DNA of 45,467 nucleotides from a virus: IMG/VR virus record IMGVR_UViG_3300045988_055950; one strand, 5' to 3'. Shown piece by piece: positions 42,254 to 45,467 of this stretch (position 1 is its first letter; each line of letters starts with the position of its first letter). The notes under the pieces were generated by a model. It saw only the letters and a program-made list of their open reading frames with translations, ran no database searches and was not told where the DNA came from. The position numbers and the translations under genes were made by a program.

Positions 42254-43321
42254 ATGAAAAGAGTAGGAAACCTTTATTCAAAAATTTGTGACATGGAAAA
42301 CTTGAAACTTGCACATCAGAATGCACGAAAAGGGAAAGGATGGTATCAGGAAGTCAGAATGGTTGATGAAGACCCTGAAAAATATTTGGGGCAACTTCAA
42401 GAAATGTTGTTGAATAAGACTTACAACACATCAGAATATGTGACTTTCATCAAGCACGATTCAGGAAAGGATAGAGAAATCTTCAAACTTCCATATTTTC
42501 CTGACAGGATTTGTCAATGGGCAATCCTGCAAGTGATTGAACCATATTTGGTGAAGAATTTTATCAAGAATACTTATTCAGCAATCCCTGGAAGGGGAAT
42601 TCATCTTGCACTTCATGATATTGACCAGGCTGTTCAGCATGATGTTCCTGGAACACAGTATTGCTTGAAGATTGATGCAAGAAAATATTATCCTTCCATC
42701 AATCACGATATTTTGAAAAAGAAATATAGAAGACTGTTCAAAGATGATGACCTTCTTTGGTTGTTAGATGAAATCATAGATTCCACACCAGGTGACACAG
42801 GGATTCCCATTGGTAACTATTTATCACAGTACAGTGGGAATTTTTATTTGTCATCATTTGACCATTGGATGAAAGAAGTCAAGCATGTGAAATATTATTA
42901 CAGATACATGGATGACATTGTTATTCTTGGGTCTGATAAGAAAGAACTTCATAAACTGCTTCTTGAAATCAAGGAATATTTCAGGAAGGAATTGAAGCTG
43001 ACAGTCAAAGACAACTGGCAGGTGTTTCCAACATTTGTCAGGGGAATTGATTTTGTTGGGTATAGAACATTTTTGAATTATAAACTTTTGAGAAAATCAA
43101 CCTGCAAACAGATGAAACGCAAAATGAACCGACTTCATAAGAAGGTGATTGATAATAACCAACTGATGAATTATTCAGAATGGTGTGCAATCAATTCCTA
43201 TAAAGGATGGTTGATTCATTGTGATTCTTTCAGGTTGTCGAAAAAGTACATTGAACCATTAGAACCTTATGCAAAAGCATATTATGAATATCAAATCAAG
43301 AAAGGTGGAAAAGCAGCATGA
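42254..43321 (+). CDS. DGR-type reverse transcriptase
   Basis: RT motifs LKIDARKYYPSI (A), the DGR-signature PIGNYLSQ (B), YRYMDDIVILG (YMDD, C) and GIDFVGY (E). Confidence 0.95.
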   Translation: MKRVGNLYSKICDMENLKLAHQNARKGKGWYQEVRMVDEDPEKYLGQLQEMLLNKTYNTSEYVTFIKHDSGKDREIFKLPYFPDRICQWAILQVIEPYLVKNFIKNTYSAIPGRGIHLALHDIDQAVQHDVPGTQYCLKIDARKYYPSINHDILKKKYRRLFKDDDLLWLLDEIIDSTPGDTGIPIGNYLSQYSGNFYLSSFDHWMKEVKHVKYYYRYMDDIVILGSDKKELHKLLLEIKEYFRKELKLTVKDNWQVFPTFVRGIDFVGYRTFLNYKLLRKSTCKQMKRKMNRLHKKVIDNNQLMNYSEWCAINSYKGWLIHCDSFRLSKKYIEPLEPYAKAYYEYQIKKGGKAA

Positions 43322-43581
43322 AAGATTTTGGAAAAACAAGAAGCACAGTGAAGCCTGATGCAGTGGTCATTGATGAACATTCTGTTTGGGTTCACACAGA
43401 CATTCAGGAAGTACATGAAAGCATGGGTGAAAACCAGTCCTTTGATGGTTATGAATTCAACATGACCCAGTATGAAAAGGATGAATACATCCTGATGATG
43501 TCTGAAAAGAATGTATCACTTGAAAAGCAGGTCACAGACACACAGCTTGCACTTTGTGAAGTGTATGAAATGCTTGGATAA
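43318..43581 (+). CDS. Acidic hypothetical protein (XkdW-position protein), translationally coupled to the RT
   Basis: 87 aa with an ATGA overlap to the RT stop. The C-terminal LEKQVTDTQLALCEVYEML is common in small proteins upstream of Firmicute phage holins. Confidence 0.55.
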   Translation: MKDFGKTRSTVKPDAVVIDEHSVWVHTDIQEVHESMGENQSFDGYEFNMTQYEKDEYILMMSEKNVSLEKQVTDTQLALCEVYEMLG

Positions 43582-43598
43582 GGAAGGGGTGAATCAAT

Positions 43599-43706
43599 AT
43601 GGCACAGATTTATGCAGACCTTATCAAAAAAGGCTTGAAGACAATTGATGATGTACCTGCAAAGTTAAAGGATGCAGTTCAGGCAATCCTTGATGCAGAT
43701 GTTTAA
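43599..43706 (+). CDS. Small protein (35 aa, not in the ORF track), paralogue of 43744..43869
   Basis: My own translation: MAQIYADLIKKGLKTIDDVPAKLKDAVQAILDADV. RBS GGAAGGGGTGAA. Confidence 0.5.
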   Translation: MAQIYADLIKKGLKTIDDVPAKLKDAVQAILDADV

Positions 43707-43743
43707 TCACATCATAAATAAAATCAGAAAGGTGGTGGCAACT

Positions 43744-43869
43744 ATGGCAGTTGTATATGCAACTTTAATCATCAAAGGCAAGAAGACTTTTGCAGATGTT
43801 CCTGACAGAATCAAGGAACAGGTGAAGCAGGTACTTATTGACCTTGATTGTGGTGACCTTGTAGAGTAA
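43744..43869 (+). CDS. Small protein (41 aa), paralogue of 43599..43706
   Basis: MAVVYATLIIKGKKTFADVPDRIKEQVKQVLIDLDCGDLVE shares the YAxLIxKGxKTxxDVPxxxKxxV pattern. RBS AAAGGTGGTGG. Confidence 0.5.
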   Translation: MAVVYATLIIKGKKTFADVPDRIKEQVKQVLIDLDCGDLVE

Positions 43870-43888
43870 CCACAAAACACATCACAGA

Positions 43889-43922
43889 AGGGAATCCCTG
43901 AAATATGGGATTCCCTATTTTT
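43889..43922 (+). terminator. Rho-independent terminator before the lysis genes
   Basis: AGGGAATCCC-TGAAATAT-GGGATTCCCT forms a 10-bp stem, followed by ATTTTTA. Confidence 0.8.
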
Positions 43923-43944
43923 ATGAAAGGAAATGGTGAAGTAT

Positions 43945-44367
43945 ATGAAAGAAGTAATTCTTGGAATTGTGGGTGCAGTTGGTTCAGCAATTGCATCCTT
44001 TTTTGGTGGTTGGGATGCAGGTCTTACCACTCTTTTAATTTTTATGGCGGTTGACTATCTGTCAGGACTGATTGTTGCAGGTGTTTTTCACAAGTCCAAC
44101 AAGACTGACACTGGTTCACTGGAAAGCAAGACATGTTGGAAGGGTCTTTGCAGAAAGTGCATGACACTGATTTTTGTTCTTATTGCATACAGACTTGATT
44201 TGGTCATTGGCACAAATTACATCAGGGATGCAGTCATCATTGCATTTATTGGAAATGAACTGATTTCCCTTGTTGAAAATGCAGGTCTGATGGGTGTTCC
44301 CCTTCCTGCTGTTATCACCAAAGCAATTGACATTTTACAGAAGAAAGCAGAAAAGGATGGTGAATAA
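43945..44367 (+). CDS. Holin (phage_holin_4_1-like)
   Basis: Multiple TM helices. The motif LLIFMAVDYLSGLIVAG and the C-terminal NELISLVENAGLMGVPLP are typical of this holin family. Confidence 0.8.
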   Translation: MKEVILGIVGAVGSAIASFFGGWDAGLTTLLIFMAVDYLSGLIVAGVFHKSNKTDTGSLESKTCWKGLCRKCMTLIFVLIAYRLDLVIGTNYIRDAVIIAFIGNELISLVENAGLMGVPLPAVITKAIDILQKKAEKDGE

Positions 44368-44369
44368 TT

Positions 44370-45371
44370 ATGGGATATTCAAATAGTCCACTTGTGTGTT
44401 ACACTGGTTTAAGTCCAAATCATTCAGGACAGAGAACGCACAGCATTGACAGAATCACACCACATTGTGTGGTTGGTCAGTTATCTTGTGAAACAATTTG
44501 TGCTTGCTTCCCACAGGGAAGAAATGCATCCTGCAATTATGGAATTGGTTCAGATGGAAGGATTTCACTTTGTGTTGAGGAAAAGAACAGGTCTTGGTGT
44601 TCTTCCAGTAACGCAAATGACCAAAGGGCAGTGACCATTGAATGTGCATCTGATAAGACAGAACCATATGCAATGACTGATGCTGTTTATCAGTCACTTA
44701 TCAAGTTATGTGTGGACATCTGCAAGAGAAATGGAAAGACCAAACTTCTTTGGTTCGGTGACAAGGACAAGTCCTTAAATTATGAACCTGCATCTGATGA
44801 AATGGTCATCACTGTTCACAGATGGTTTGCAAACAAGTCTTGTCCTGGTGACTGGTTATATTCAAGGCTTGGTGACCTTGCAGCAAAAGTCACTGCACAG
44901 ATTGGTGGAAGCACTGGAACATCTGACAGCGGTGTTCTTTATCGTGTCCAGGTTGGTGCATATTCTATCAAGACAAATGCTGATGCACAGCTTGCAAGAG
45001 TGAAAGAAGCAGGATTTGACACATACATGATTCAGATTGATGGAATGTATAAAATTCAGGTTGGAGCATATAGCAAGAAAGAAAATGCTGATGCTATGCT
45101 TGCAAAAATCAAGGCAGCAGGCTTTGATGCATTCATTTCAACCAAGGGTGGACAGGCGGTGTCTGCATCCACACCAGTGAAGAAAACCATTCAGGTTGGA
45201 AGCACTGTCAGAGTGAATCAGGGTGCAAAGACTTATTCAGGCGGTGGACTTGCTTCATTTGTTTATAAGAGAAATCACAAGGTGTCACAGTTACAAGGTG
45301 ACAGGGCGGTCATCACCTATGAAGGAACTGTTGTTGCAGCAGTACATGTTTCAGACCTGACACTTGTGTGA
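44370..45371 (+). CDS. Endolysin: N-acetylmuramoyl-L-alanine amidase (Amidase_2/PGRP) + 2 SPOR repeats + C-terminal SH3-like segment
   Basis: IDRITPHCVVG...ASCNYGIGSDGRI...VHRWFANKSCPG forms the amidase core. YRVQVGAYS..NA...GF occurs twice (SPOR). Confidence 0.9.
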   Translation: MGYSNSPLVCYTGLSPNHSGQRTHSIDRITPHCVVGQLSCETICACFPQGRNASCNYGIGSDGRISLCVEEKNRSWCSSSNANDQRAVTIECASDKTEPYAMTDAVYQSLIKLCVDICKRNGKTKLLWFGDKDKSLNYEPASDEMVITVHRWFANKSCPGDWLYSRLGDLAAKVTAQIGGSTGTSDSGVLYRVQVGAYSIKTNADAQLARVKEAGFDTYMIQIDGMYKIQVGAYSKKENADAMLAKIKAAGFDAFISTKGGQAVSASTPVKKTIQVGSTVRVNQGAKTYSGGGLASFVYKRNHKVSQLQGDRAVITYEGTVVAAVHVSDLTLV

Positions 45372-45467
45372 TGGTCTGCATTGGTTTCCATTAGAAACCT
45401 GTTAGTAACAAAGTACCTTGAAAGGTGCATAAAATAAGGGTTCGGAATTATGCAAGCGATAATTCAA
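45369..45467. repeat. 99-nt direct terminal repeat, right copy (identical to 1..99)
   Basis: Read directly. See 1..99. Confidence 0.95.

Larger units (their letters stand above)
41765..43321 (+). mobile_element. Diversity-generating retroelement cassette (VR - TR - RT)
   Basis: The VR/TR pair shows an adenine-specific mismatch pattern, and a DGR-type reverse transcriptase is adjacent. Confidence 0.9.

Noticed and set aside
43318-43581. The 87-aa ORF after the RT, considered as the DGR accessory protein Avd.
   Set aside because: Avd proteins are basic ~110-130-aa helical bundles. This ORF is acidic and shorter, and it resembles the small proteins commonly found upstream of holins in Firmicute phages. 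It is kept only as an open question in the findings.

Overview
The window is one complete temperate contractile-tailed phage with a PBSX/Xkd-like tail module. The host is probably Gram-positive: the RBS consensus AAAGGnGGTGA sits 4-9 nt before most starts, and the lysin combines amidase, SPOR and LysM-type wall-binding parts. Bases 1..99 recur exactly at 45369..45467, so the unique unit is 45,368 bp. That repeat is either a circular-assembly overlap or an att core. Gene order is as follows. (1) An attP-like non-coding region and a minus-strand lysogeny module at 221..2867: RHH protein, tyrosine integrase, a hypothetical, and a CI-like repressor. (2) Divergent promoters with operator palindromes. 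(3) A plus-strand early/replication module: PAPS-reductase-like PP-loop enzyme, two small HTH proteins, pentapeptide-like repeat protein, SNF2 helicase, SLT transglycosylase, VRR-NUC, Cas4-like nuclease fused to an AAA ATPase, DUF669-like protein, family B polymerase, primase-helicase, C5 methyltransferase, DUF3310-MazG, ThyX and an HD hydrolase. (4) A late regulator. (5) Packaging and head genes: TerS, TerL, portal, MuF with a C-terminal HExxH extension, scaffold and capsid. (6) Tail genes: sheath, tube, a -1 frameshifted chaperone, tape measure and an XkdP-to-XkdU-like baseplate. (7) Tail fibre. (8) Lysis genes: holin and an amidase-SPOR endolysin. The outstanding system is a complete diversity-generating retroelement. 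It comprises an RT at 42254..43321, a TR at 42009..42125 and a VR at 41765..41881 at the 3' end of the tail-fibre gene. All 25 TR/VR mismatches fall on TR adenines, and no avd-like gene is present. Other signals worth follow-up are listed here. (a) Two ~250-290 bp homologous iteron-rich modules lie in inverted orientation 18 kb apart. (b) The pentamer GCGGT is strictly strand-polar and Chi-like. (c) A dispersed palindrome GTATCTT-N3-AAGATAC looks like an operator. (d) A 24-unit 15-nt tandem array encodes NSGxx repeats. (e) A lambda PR'-tR'-like promoter plus terminator precedes terS. (f) The MuF C-terminal domain and the small ORF after it are a candidate toxin/immunity pair. All counts and alignments were done by eye and need computational confirmation.
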